64,000 nucleotides of DNA from an uncultured Burkholderiales bacterium (lineage in GTDB: Bacteria; Pseudomonadota; Gammaproteobacteria; Burkholderiales; SHXO01), in the NCBI GenBank assembly GCA_964523885.1, contig CAZFYX010000039.1, positions 169,427 through 233,426 on the forward strand. The letters run 5' to 3'. A model generated the notes under the pieces. That model saw nothing but the letters and a program-made list of their open reading frames with translations, was not told the DNA's origin and ran no database searches. Below are positions 17,242 through 27,943 of the stretch, piece by piece. A program made the translations under genes and the position numbers. How positions within the stretch are numbered: the stretch's first letter is position 1; each line of letters starts with the position of its first letter.

Positions 17242-19959
17242 ATGACCGACCTCTCCGACATCCTCTCCAGCGGCCACTGGGCCGTGCTGCCTCCCGACCT
17301 CGACCCGGTCGAGACCCGCGAATGGCTCGACGCCCTCGCGGCCATTGTCGAGACCGAGGGGCCGGAGCGCGCGCAGTTCATCCTGCGCAAGCTGCTCGAT
17401 CAGGCCCGCTCGCTGCGCGTGCCGCTGCCGCCGGTGTTGAATACGCCCTACTGCAACACGATCCCACTGTCGGACCAGCCGCAGTACCCGGGCAACCTCG
17501 AGGTCGAGGCCCGCATCTCCGCGCTGGTGCGCTGGAACGCGCTCGCGATGGTGGTGCGCGCCAACAAGGTCGCCTCGGAGCTGGGCGGCCACATCGCGAC
17601 CTACGCGTCGGTGGCCGACCTGTTCGAGGTCGGCTACAACCACTTCTTCAAGGCCGGGCAGCACGGCGACCTGATCTTCTTCCAGCCGCACGCGGCCCCC
17701 GGCGTGTACGCCCGCGCGTTCATCGAAGGCCGGCTCACCGAGGAGCAGCTCGACCACTACCGCCGCGAGACCGGGGGCAAGGGCCTCTCGTCGTACTGCC
17801 ATCCGTGGCTTATGCCGGACTTCTGGCAGTTCCCCACCGGCTCGATGGGACTGGGCCCGATCACGGCGATCTACCAGGCCCGCTTCATGAAGTACCTGGA
17901 GAACCGCGGCATCCTGCAGGCCGGCTCGCGCAAGGTATGGGACTTCGTCGGCGACGGCGAGATGGACGAGCCGGAATCGATCGCCGGACTGTCACTCGCC
18001 GCCCGCGAGGGCCTGGACAACCTGATCCTGGTGGTGAACTGCAACCTGCAGCGCCTCGACGGACCGGTGCGCGGCAACGGCTCCGTCATCCAGGAGCTCG
18101 AGGGCCTCTACGCGGGTGCGGGCTGGAACGTGATCAAGCTGCTGTGGGGCTCGGACTGGGACCCGCTGTTCGCGCGCGACCACGAGAACATCATCCTGCG
18201 CCGCCTGCACGAGACCGTGGACGGGGAGTTCCAGAAGTATGCCGCCACCGACGGACGCTTCAACCGCGAGAACTTCTTCAACAAGTATCCCGAGCTGCAG
18301 AAGCTGGTCGCGCACCTGTCCGACGAGGACATCGACCGCCTGCGCCGCGGCGGCCACGACGCGGTGAAGATCTACGCGGCCTACCACGCCGCGGTGAACC
18401 ACAGGGGCCAGCCCACCGTCATCCTCGCGCAGACCAAGAAGGGCTATGGCATGGGCACCTGGGGCCAGGGCCGGATGACCGCGCACCAGCAGAAGAAGCT
18501 CGAGGACGACGCGCTGCTCGCGTTCCGCGACCGCTTCTCGATCCCGATCTCGGACGACGACGTCCACAACCTGCGCTTCTTCAAGCCGGCGGAGGACAGC
18601 CCCGAGCTCAAGTACGTGCACCAGCGCCGCCAGGCGCTCGGCGGGTACCTGCCGGTGCGCGCGCCGCGCGCGGAGACCCTGCCGGCACCGAAGGTCGAGA
18701 CGATGGCGAAGTACCTGGAAGGCACGCAGGGCCGCGAGCAGTCGACCACGATGATTTTCGTGCAGCTCCTGGCGCAGTGGCTCAAGGACGCCAGCATCGG
18801 CAAGCGCATCGTGCCGATCGTGGCCGACGAGGCCCGCACCTTCGGCATGCAGGCGCTGTTCCGCCAGGTCGCCATCTACTCGTCCGCCGGTCAGGTCTAC
18901 GAGCCCGAGGACAAGGACGAGCTGCTCTATTACAAGGAAGCACGCGATGGGCAGATCCTCGAGGAAGGCATCACCGAGGCCGGAGCCATCTCGTCGTGGA
19001 TCGCGGCGGCCACCAGCTACAGCGCGCACGGCGTGCCGATGCTGCCGTTCTACATCTTCTACTCCTGCTTCGGCTTCCAGCGCATCGGCGACCTGGTGTG
19101 GGCCGCGGCCGACTCACGCAGCCGCGGCTTCCTGCTCGGTGCCACCGCCGGCCGCACCACGCTGTCGGGCGAAGGCCTGCAGCACGAGGACGGCTCCAGC
19201 CACGTGCTGTTCTCCACCGTGCCCAACTGCGTGGCCTACGACCCCGCCTTCGGCTACGAGTTGACCGTCATCCTGCAGGACGGCATGCGCCGCATGCTGG
19301 AGGACCAGGAGGACGTGTTCTACTACGTCACGGTGATGAACGAGAACTACGTGCACCCGGCCATACCGGAGGGCGCGCGCGAGGGCATCATCCGCGGGAT
19401 GTACCGGCTCCAGCCCGGCAGTTCCCCCTCTCCCCTTGCGGGAGAGGGCCGGGGTGAGGGGTCAGCGCGCGTCCAGCTGCTCGGCTCGGGGACCATCCTG
19501 CGCGAGGTAATCGCGGCCGCGGAGCTGCTGCAGAACGACTGGAACGTCGCCGCTGATGTGTGGAGCGTCACCAGCTTCACGGAACTGCGCCGCGAGGGCA
19601 TCGAGGTGGACCGCTGGAACCGCCTGCACCCCGACATGCCGCCGCGCCAGACCTGGGTCGAGCGCTGCCTCGGCCCGGCACAGGGCCCGGTGGTCGCGGC
19701 GACGGACTACATGCGCATCGTGGGGGACATGATCCGCAACTGGGTCCCGCGCCGCTACATGGTGCTGGGTACCGACGGGTTCGGCCGCAGCGACACCCGC
19801 GCGGCACTGCGCAGCTTCTTCGAAGTCGACCGCCACCATGTCGTCATCGCGGCGCTGAAGGGCCTGGCGGACGACGGCAAGCTGGGACGCGAAGTGGTCA
19901 GGCAGGCGATCGAGCGCTACAGTGTGCAGACCGACACACCCAACCCCTGGGACTGCTGA
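17242..19959 (+). CDS. mdeB: homodimeric 2-oxoacid dehydrogenase E1 (AceE family, MdeB-like)
   Basis: DLDPVETREW, LGGHIATYAS, FPTGSMGLG, GDGEMDE and GRTTLSGEGLQH; divergent Lrp gene; no E2 or E3 nearby. Confidence 0.85.
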   Translation: MTDLSDILSSGHWAVLPPDLDPVETREWLDALAAIVETEGPERAQFILRKLLDQARSLRVPLPPVLNTPYCNTIPLSDQPQYPGNLEVEARISALVRWNALAMVVRANKVASELGGHIATYASVADLFEVGYNHFFKAGQHGDLIFFQPHAAPGVYARAFIEGRLTEEQLDHYRRETGGKGLSSYCHPWLMPDFWQFPTGSMGLGPITAIYQARFMKYLENRGILQAGSRKVWDFVGDGEMDEPESIAGLSLAAREGLDNLILVVNCNLQRLDGPVRGNGSVIQELEGLYAGAGWNVIKLLWGSDWDPLFARDHENIILRRLHETVDGEFQKYAATDGRFNRENFFNKYPELQKLVAHLSDEDIDRLRRGGHDAVKIYAAYHAAVNHRGQPTVILAQTKKGYGMGTWGQGRMTAHQQKKLEDDALLAFRDRFSIPISDDDVHNLRFFKPAEDSPELKYVHQRRQALGGYLPVRAPRAETLPAPKVETMAKYLEGTQGREQSTTMIFVQLLAQWLKDASIGKRIVPIVADEARTFGMQALFRQVAIYSSAGQVYEPEDKDELLYYKEARDGQILEEGITEAGAISSWIAAATSYSAHGVPMLPFYIFYSCFGFQRIGDLVWAAADSRSRGFLLGATAGRTTLSGEGLQHEDGSSHVLFSTVPNCVAYDPAFGYELTVILQDGMRRMLEDQEDVFYYVTVMNENYVHPAIPEGAREGIIRGMYRLQPGSSPSPLAGEGRGEGSARVQLLGSGTILREVIAAAELLQNDWNVAADVWSVTSFTELRREGIEVDRWNRLHPDMPPRQTWVERCLGPAQGPVVAATDYMRIVGDMIRNWVPRRYMVLGTDGFGRSDTRAALRSFFEVDRHHVVIAALKGLADDGKLGREVVRQAIERYSVQTDTPNPWDC
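19424..19461 (+). repeat. palindromic repeat (family A) inserted in frame in the E1 gene
   Basis: ccctctccc-cttgc-gggagagggccggggtgaggg matches intergenic 46771-46805 except for the 5-nt loop; translates as SPSPLAGEGRGEG. Confidence 0.88.
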
Positions 19960-20010
19960 GCGGCGGGCGAACGTCCGGCGGTCCACCGGCCGCCGGGCAT
20001 TCGCGCCGTC

Positions 20011-20538
20011 CTAGTCGCCGATCTCGTAGACAGTGCGCTCGGCGCTTTCATCCTCCACTTCGAGGATCTGGCCGCTGACCGCATCCACGTCCACCTCGAC
20101 CTTGCGCCCATCCGCGGAGGCGATCTCGACCTCGTATACGGGCCGCCCCCGGTAGTCGAGCTTGCGCTCGGACTCGACCACCTTGCCCGGCTGGCGCTCG
20201 GCCGCGATCCGGCGCGCATCACTCTCGATGACTTTCGCGGCCTGGTTGAAGGCCGGATCCTGCCGGCTGACCTCGCGCTGCATCTCGACGATCTCGCCGG
20301 TGTTGGCGTCGCACTCGGCTTCCCAGTCATGGTCGTCGTCGCCCTCGATCCTGAACTCGTAGATCGCTCGGCCGGCCTCGACCTCGAGCTTCATGTACTC
20401 GACCTTGCCGCCGGCCACTTTCAGTACGGCCGCCAGGCACTGCTCCATGGGCACGCTCGTGCGCGGCATCTCGGGAGCGGCGACGGCCAGTCCCGGGAAA
20501 ACCACGCCTGAGAGCAGGATAATGCGGGATAGTTGCAT
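20011..20538 (-). CDS. secreted tandem PepSY domain protein
   Basis: Signal peptide and two repeats of the YE..I...DG...EV.VDA.SG.I pattern. Confidence 0.82.
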   Translation of the reverse strand: MQLSRIILLSGVVFPGLAVAAPEMPRTSVPMEQCLAAVLKVAGGKVEYMKLEVEAGRAIYEFRIEGDDDHDWEAECDANTGEIVEMQREVSRQDPAFNQAAKVIESDARRIAAERQPGKVVESERKLDYRGRPVYEVEIASADGRKVEVDVDAVSGQILEVEDESAERTVYEIGD

Positions 20539-20678
20539 GCTGTACGTCTCCAGGTTAATTCGCTCGGACCGTGCGCTGCGGCCGAAAGTTCGGCGCTGGC
20601 AGTGTCCAACGCAGGCAAGCAGCGATCCTCGTGAACCCGCAGGGATCACGGCGATCCAATGAACAGGAGGAATTCCCG

Positions 20679-20990
20679 ATGCTGGTGCAGTTCGATAGCA
20701 AGGTGGGCGGCTTCACGATGTTCGGCGATGTCGCAGTGCAGCTGCTGAAGATGATGGGGCACAGCGGCACGGTGCCCAGCGCCATCCTCGCCGCGGACAT
20801 CCCCGCGGCAGTCGAGCGCCTGCAGGCGGCACTGCGCAGCGCGCCGCCGCCACTGCCCGAACCCGAAGACGACCAGGACCAGTACGGCGACCGCAAGGAG
20901 CCGCGCGTCTCGATCCAGACCCGCGCGGTGCCGTTCATCGACCTGATGCAGCGCGCCGCGAAGCGCGGCAGCGACGTGACCTGGCGCTGA
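20679..20990 (+). CDS. DUF1840 family protein
   Basis: MLVQFDSKVGGFTMFGDVAVQLLKMMGH...PAAVERL...RAVPFIDLM; RBS aggagg. Confidence 0.78.
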   Translation: MLVQFDSKVGGFTMFGDVAVQLLKMMGHSGTVPSAILAADIPAAVERLQAALRSAPPPLPEPEDDQDQYGDRKEPRVSIQTRAVPFIDLMQRAAKRGSDVTWR

Positions 20991-21009
20991 GGCGGGCCGC
21001 CCGGACACC

Positions 21010-21852
21010 GTGGGTTCCCCGCTCGTCATCTACCACGCCGACTGCGTGGACGGCTTCACGGCCGCGTGGAGCGCCTGGCGCGCGCTGGGCACGGAGGCGG
21101 TCTACCTGCCCACCCACCACGGCACCGCGCCGCCGGACGTGATCGGGCGCAACGTCTACCTGCTCGACTTCGCCTGGCCGCGCGCCACCTGCGTCGAGCT
21201 GGCGCAGCAGGCCGAGTCGTTCCTGGTGCTCGACCATCACAAGACCGCGCTCGAGGAGCTCGGCGACCTGCCCTTCGCCCGGCTGGACATGGAGCAGTCG
21301 GGCGCCGGGCTGGCCTGGCGCCACTTCCATCCGGCGCAACCGCCGCCACGGCTGGTGCTGGCGGTGGAGGACGGCGACCTCTGGCGCCATGCGATCCCGG
21401 AGACGCGCTCGATCTACCTGCGGCTGTCCCTGGAGCCGCGCACCTTCGCCAACTGGAATGCCATCGCTGCGCAGACTGCGGGCGCAGAAGGATTCCACGC
21501 CTTCGCCAAGGAAGGTCGCTTCCTGCTCGAGGAGCGCGAGTTCGAGGTCGAACGCCTGCTGCTGAAACGCTACGAGGTGGTGCTGGAAGGCGAGAAGGGC
21601 CTGGCGGCCGAGGGGCAAGCCTACTACCGCAGCGAGCTGGGCCACCGCCTGGCGGAGCTGTCCGGCACCTTCGGCATGGTGTGGTATGCGCGAGGCAACG
21701 GCTACCACGTCAGCCTGCGCAGCATCGGCGACTATGACGTCGAGCGCCTGGCGCGTCGCTTCGGCGGCGGTGGGCACCGCAATGCGGCGGGCTTCACACT
21801 GTCGGACCGAAACCTGATGCAACAGGTCGCTGTTCAGGACGCCTCGACATAG
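21010..21852 (+). CDS. DHH/DHHA1 family phosphoesterase
   Basis: YHADCVDG, LDHHKTA, DGDLW and SLRS...FGGGGHRNAAGF. Confidence 0.9.
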   Translation: MGSPLVIYHADCVDGFTAAWSAWRALGTEAVYLPTHHGTAPPDVIGRNVYLLDFAWPRATCVELAQQAESFLVLDHHKTALEELGDLPFARLDMEQSGAGLAWRHFHPAQPPPRLVLAVEDGDLWRHAIPETRSIYLRLSLEPRTFANWNAIAAQTAGAEGFHAFAKEGRFLLEEREFEVERLLLKRYEVVLEGEKGLAAEGQAYYRSELGHRLAELSGTFGMVWYARGNGYHVSLRSIGDYDVERLARRFGGGGHRNAAGFTLSDRNLMQQVAVQDAST

Positions 21853-22247
21853 GGCGCGAGGGCCTCGCGCAGCGAGCCCGCGATCGGCACCGGCCTGCCG
21901 GTCTCGAGATCGGTCAGCACGATCACCGAGCGCGCCACCAGCCGCTCGCCATCCTCCCCGCGGATCGTGTAGCGCAGGCCCAGCGACGCGCCGCCCAGCT
22001 TCGACACTGCGATCTCCACCTCGATCGCGTCGCCGTAGCGGCTGGGCCGCTTGAACTCCGTCTCCAGCTTCACGATGGGCCAGCCGCGCCGCTGCGCGTT
22101 GATCATGCGGTGCATCGGATGGCCGATGTGCGCGAGGAACTCCTCCTTCGCCTCGTGCAGGATGTAGAAGTACTGCGGATAGAACACGATGCCGGCGGGA
22201 TCGCACTGGTGGAACTGGATCATCCTGCGGGTGACGAATGTGCTCAT
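21834..22247 (-). CDS. acyl-CoA thioesterase (4-hydroxybenzoyl-CoA thioesterase family)
   Basis: CDPAGIVFYPQYF hotdog-fold motif and EFKRPSRYGD. Confidence 0.9.
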   Translation of the reverse strand: MSTFVTRRMIQFHQCDPAGIVFYPQYFYILHEAKEEFLAHIGHPMHRMINAQRRGWPIVKLETEFKRPSRYGDAIEVEIAVSKLGGASLGLRYTIRGEDGERLVARSVIVLTDLETGRPVPIAGSLREALAPYVEAS

Positions 22248-22254
22248 GCGCCTC

Positions 22255-23418
22255 CTAGCGTCCGGGCCAATGCCAGGCAGGAGACTCCAGCTCGCGCAGC
22301 CCCACGATCCGGGTCTGCCCCAGCTCCTTCTCCAGCGTGATGCGGTGGCACTCCGGCTGCTGCTCGAGCGCAGCGACCAGCCGCGAGGCGTGCGAGACGA
22401 CCAGCACCTGCGAACGCTCCGCAGCGGTCCCGATCAGGCGCGCCAGCGCGGGGAGCAGGTCCGGGTGCAGACTGGTCTCGGGCTCGTTCAGGACCAGCAG
22501 GGCAGGCGGCCGCGGCGTGAGCAGCGCCGCGATCCACAGCAGGTAGCGCAGCGTGCCGTCGGAGAGCTCCGCTGCCGCGAGCGCGCGCAGCAATCCCGGC
22601 TGCCGCATCAGCACTTCGAAACGTCCCTGGTTGCTCTCGATCTCGACGCTCGCGCCCGGGAACGCGTCTTCGACCGCCGCGTCCAGCGCCTCGCCGTCGC
22701 CGATTTCGCGAATCGTCTGCAGGGCCGCCGCGAGGTGCGCACCCTCGTCGTCGAGCACCGGCGTGTGCGTGCCGATCTGCGGCCGGCGCGCGGGCGCATC
22801 GGCGTCCGTGCGCAGGTGATCGTAGAAGCGCCACGAGCGGATCTCCTCGCGCAGCAGGAGCAGTTCCGGAGCGTTGCGTGGATCGGCCAGCTGGGCGAGC
22901 ATGCTGTCGAAGCTCGCCAGGCGCGAAGACACCACCCGCCATTCGCCGTCATCGGCCTTGGCCTGCGCCACCGCGTTGCGGCGGTCGACCAGCAGCGCGG
23001 CCTGGCGCAGGAACGGCCCGTTCCAGATGCATTCGCGCTTGATGACGGGATCCAGCGCGAACGCCGAGCTGCTGGGCTCGGGCAGCCCCAGGTCGATGGC
23101 GTAGCCGAAGGTCTCGCCCGCGAAGCCCAGCCGCAGGTTCACCGGCTCCTTTCGCCGCGTGCCCTGCACCGAGTGGTCCCCGCGCTTCATCCCCCGCGAG
23201 ATCGATTCAGGGCCGGCCCACAGGGTGGACTGCAGGCCGCCCTCGCGGGCCAGAGACGGGATCAGCCGTCCCTGCGCGGTCTCCGCGAGCAGCCGCAGCG
23301 CGCGGTAGACGCTCGACTTGCCGCTGCCATTGGGCCCGGTGATGACCGTGAGCCGTTGCAGCGGCAGCGCGAGCTCGCGCAGCGAGCGGTAGTTCGAGAC
23401 CGCGAGCGTGGCGAGCAT
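22255..23418 (-). CDS. ABC/SMC-like AAA ATPase (COG4637-type)
   Basis: Walker A GPNGSGKS, signature LSDGTLRYL and Walker B LNEPETSLHPD followed by H-loop VVSH. Confidence 0.88.
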   Translation of the reverse strand: MLATLAVSNYRSLRELALPLQRLTVITGPNGSGKSSVYRALRLLAETAQGRLIPSLAREGGLQSTLWAGPESISRGMKRGDHSVQGTRRKEPVNLRLGFAGETFGYAIDLGLPEPSSSAFALDPVIKRECIWNGPFLRQAALLVDRRNAVAQAKADDGEWRVVSSRLASFDSMLAQLADPRNAPELLLLREEIRSWRFYDHLRTDADAPARRPQIGTHTPVLDDEGAHLAAALQTIREIGDGEALDAAVEDAFPGASVEIESNQGRFEVLMRQPGLLRALAAAELSDGTLRYLLWIAALLTPRPPALLVLNEPETSLHPDLLPALARLIGTAAERSQVLVVSHASRLVAALEQQPECHRITLEKELGQTRIVGLRELESPAWHWPGR

Positions 23419-23425
23419 GCGCAGG

Positions 23426-24543
<1,118 letters not shown>

Positions 24544-24544
<1 letters not shown>

Positions 24545-24876
24545 CACATCCCCGACTGCTTCGCGTGCTCGCGCATCTGCATGCCGTGCACCAGGGACGC
24601 ACCGCCCCGAATCGCCACCGCGACGTGCAGCGCCTCGGTCATCTGCTCGAAGTCGGCGCCCTTCTGCTGGCAGTCCTGGGTATAGGCATCGATGCAGTAG
24701 GGGCACTGCACGGCATGCGCGACCGCCAGCGCGATCAGGCTCTTCTCGCGCGCGGTGAGCGCGCCATCGGCGAAGACAGCGCCGTAGTAGTCGAAGAACT
24801 TGCGGCCCAGGTCGGGGCTGCCTTCACTGATCCTGCCGAAATCCGCCAGGTGCTGCGGCTTGTAATACGTGTCCAA
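24544..24876 (-). CDS. AhpD/CMD family protein associated with ArsS-type radical SAM enzymes
   Basis: TTG start; REKSLIALAVAHAVQCPYCIDAY with a CxxC motif. Confidence 0.88.
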
Positions 24877-25104
24877 GGATGCTCTCCGGTGAGTTCTGAG
24901 CGGGCCGCAGTCATATACGCTGCAGCAGTCCGCTTGGATTCTCGCATGCAGCGGACGTTCCGCGCCGGACAACGCCGGGCGTAGAATCGCACCTCCTTCG
25001 CGCACGGCGACAGGCCCGGCAGCTCCGCCGGTCATCCCGCGCGCGCCGGCGCCGCCTGAGCCTGCGGCAGGCCTGGGAGATCACGGGATCCGGACCGACT
25101 GCAC

Positions 25105-26370
25105 ATGCGAGGCCACAAGAGAATCCTGCCCAACTGGGCCATCCCTGCCCTGTACGCCAGCGCAGCGGTGGTCGCCGCTGTGGCCCTGCCCAGGCTGGAA
25201 CACGCATTCCTCCCGCCGCTGACCTCGGGCATCAACCCCGACGCGGCGATCGCCCTCTTCTCGGCGGTCGGCTCGGGGATGATCGCCCTGACCGGCATCG
25301 TGTTCGCGCTCGCCTTCCTGATGGTGCAGTTCAGCGCGACAGCCTATTCGCCCCGGCTGGTGATCTGGCTGGCGCAGGCGCCGGTGATCTGGCATTCGGT
25401 CGGCCTGTTCTCGGCCACCTTCCTCTATTCGCTGGGCATGATCGCCTTCGTGGATCGCTTCAGCGGCAACCCGGTGCCGTTCTTCAGCGGCTGGCTGGTC
25501 ATCGCCCTGCTGCTGGCGAGCGTCGCGATGTTCATCGCACTGATCGAGAAGCTGACCCTGCTCACGATCCGGCGCATGCTCACGTTCACCGCGGACCATG
25601 GCCGCCGGATCATCGCGGAGCACTATCCCGCGTTCGACACGCCACCAAGCACCATCCCCGCGCTGCCGGGCGGCACGCCGACGCTGACGCTAGTGCATGT
25701 CGGTCGGCCCGCATCGCTCCAGGCCATCGACGTGGAGACGCTGCTCGCGCTGGCGACCAGGCTCGATGCCACGATCGTGGTCGAGTCCCTGGTCGGAGAC
25801 ACACTGGTGGAAGGCAGCGTGATGGTGCGGGTGTTCGGCGGGAAGGCGGCGATCCGCGAGCATCCACTGCGCGCGGCGTTCGCCACCGGTGGCGAGCGGA
25901 CCTTCGAGCAGGATCCCAAGTACGCCATCCGCCTGCTGGTCGACATCGCGATCCGCGCGCTGTCACCGGCGGTCAACGATCCGACCAGCGCGGTGCAGGC
26001 GCTGGACCAGATCGAGGACCTGCTGCGGCGCCTGAGCCGCCGCCGGCTGGAGATCGGCGCCTGGCACGACGCCGGCGGCACGCTGCGCGTGGTCATCCCG
26101 CAGCCGGGCTGGGACGATTTCCTCGCCCTGGCCTTCGACGAGATTCGTTATTGCGGCGCCACCAGCATCCAGGTGATGCGGCGCATGCGCGCCCTGATGG
26201 CAGACCTGTCCGCGTACGCGCCGCCGGAGCGGCGCGCGGCGATCGAGCAGCATCGGGCGCGGCTGGATGCGACCATCGCACGTTCCTTCCACGACGAGGT
26301 CGACAAGCGCGAGGCGTCGATCGAGGATCGGCAGGGTCTCGGGGTTCCGCGCGGCGACCACCCACGCTGA
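25105..26370 (+). CDS. DUF2254 family membrane protein
   Basis: Four TM segments, QFSATAYSPR and DIAIRALSPAVNDPTSAVQALD. Confidence 0.87.
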   Translation: MRGHKRILPNWAIPALYASAAVVAAVALPRLEHAFLPPLTSGINPDAAIALFSAVGSGMIALTGIVFALAFLMVQFSATAYSPRLVIWLAQAPVIWHSVGLFSATFLYSLGMIAFVDRFSGNPVPFFSGWLVIALLLASVAMFIALIEKLTLLTIRRMLTFTADHGRRIIAEHYPAFDTPPSTIPALPGGTPTLTLVHVGRPASLQAIDVETLLALATRLDATIVVESLVGDTLVEGSVMVRVFGGKAAIREHPLRAAFATGGERTFEQDPKYAIRLLVDIAIRALSPAVNDPTSAVQALDQIEDLLRRLSRRRLEIGAWHDAGGTLRVVIPQPGWDDFLALAFDEIRYCGATSIQVMRRMRALMADLSAYAPPERRAAIEQHRARLDATIARSFHDEVDKREASIEDRQGLGVPRGDHPR

Positions 26371-26512
26371 GCCGGTTGGAGCGATTCGCGCGGCGCCGCA
26401 GGAACGGAAGCGGGCGTTTCGCCTTCCGCCTGTCCACTGGATGGCCGCTCACGCCCAATTCGAGGTCCGAAAACGGCCAGCGCAGCGGGAAGCGCGCGCC
26501 TAGAATGGCTCC

Positions 26513-27943
26513 ATGCTCCTCGACCCCGAACACTGCTACCAGGCCCTGCGCGCGCACGACGCCCGCTTCGACGGGCGCTTCTTCGTCGGCGTGTCCTCCA
26601 CCGGCATCTACTGCCGGCCGGTGTGCCGCGTACGCACGCCGCGCCGCGCCAACTGCAGCTTCTTCCCGAGCGCGGCCGCGGCCGAATCGGGAGGCTTCCG
26701 GCCGTGCATGCGCTGCCGTCCCGAGCTGGCACCGGGCAACGCCGCGATCGACGCCGGGTCCCGGCTGGTGCAGGCCGCTGCCGGGATGATCGAGGATGGA
26801 CTCCTGGCGGATGCCGGCGTGGACGCACTGGCCGCACGCCTGGGCGTCACCGACCACCACCTGCGCCGCGTCTTCCGTGAGGAGCTCGGCGTCTCGCCCG
26901 TCCAGTTCGTGCAGACGCAGCGGCTGCTGCTCGCCAAGCGGCTGCTCACCGACACCGCGCTGCCGGTCACCGAAGTGGCGCTGGCCAGCGGCTTCGGCAG
27001 CCTGCGCCGCTTCAACGCGCTGTTCCAGGCACGCTACCGGTTGCGGCCGAGCGACCTGCGCAAGACCGCGGCCGACGCCTCGCCCGGTGCGCTGGAGTTC
27101 TCGCTCGGCTACCGCCCGCCGCTCGACTGGGACGCACTGCTCGCGTTTCTCGCCCGGCGAACGATCGCGGGGGTCGAATGCGTGCAGGACGGCATCTACC
27201 TGCGCAGCGCGCGCATCGGCGCCAGCACCGGCTGGTTCGCCGTGATGCACGACGCGGCACGCCATGCGCTCCGGGTCGCCGTGTCCGCATCGCTTTCCGG
27301 CGCAGTGCCGGCCGTGCTCGCGCGCGTCAAGCGCATCTTCGATCTGGGCTGCGACCCGGAACGCGTCGCCGCCGGGCTGGGCCCGCTCGCGCGGCGCCGG
27401 CCGGGCCTGCGCCTGCCCGGCGCCTTCGACGGCTTCGAGGCGGCGGTCCGCGCGATCCTGGGGCAGCAGATCACCGTGCGCGCAGCCCATACCATCGCCG
27501 GGCGCTTCGCCGCGGCCTTCGGGGAGCCGGTCGAATCGCATCACCCCGCACTGAACGTCGTGTTCCCTTCCGTCGCGCGCGTGGCGGCGCTCGCGCCGTC
27601 CGACATCGCGGCGATCGGCATCGTGAGCGCACGCGCCCGGGCCATCATCGGCATCGCCTCTGCGCTGGACGCCGCGCAACTGCGCCTCGATCCCGGCGCG
27701 GAAGTCGAAGCGACGCTCGCCGCGCTGCGCGCGCTGCCCGGCATCGGCGAATGGACTGCGCAATATCTCGCCATGCGTGCGCTCGGCTGGCCGGATGCGT
27801 TCCCGCACACCGATTACGGCGTGCTGAAGGCGCTGGGCGAAACGAATCCGCGCCGTGCCCTCGCGCACGCCGAGCAGTGGCGGCCCTGGCGCGCCTATGC
27901 CGTCATCCATCTCTGGAATTCGCTGGAGGATCCACAGCCATGA
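26513..27943 (+). CDS. alkA: Ada-Zn/AraC/AlkA fusion DNA-3-methyladenine glycosylase
   Basis: STGIYCRPVC..FRPCMRC (Ada Zn site), AraC HTH, ILGQQI and HhH LPGIGEWTA. Confidence 0.93.
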   Translation: MLLDPEHCYQALRAHDARFDGRFFVGVSSTGIYCRPVCRVRTPRRANCSFFPSAAAAESGGFRPCMRCRPELAPGNAAIDAGSRLVQAAAGMIEDGLLADAGVDALAARLGVTDHHLRRVFREELGVSPVQFVQTQRLLLAKRLLTDTALPVTEVALASGFGSLRRFNALFQARYRLRPSDLRKTAADASPGALEFSLGYRPPLDWDALLAFLARRTIAGVECVQDGIYLRSARIGASTGWFAVMHDAARHALRVAVSASLSGAVPAVLARVKRIFDLGCDPERVAAGLGPLARRRPGLRLPGAFDGFEAAVRAILGQQITVRAAHTIAGRFAAAFGEPVESHHPALNVVFPSVARVAALAPSDIAAIGIVSARARAIIGIASALDAAQLRLDPGAEVEATLAALRALPGIGEWTAQYLAMRALGWPDAFPHTDYGVLKALGETNPRRALAHAEQWRPWRAYAVIHLWNSLEDPQP

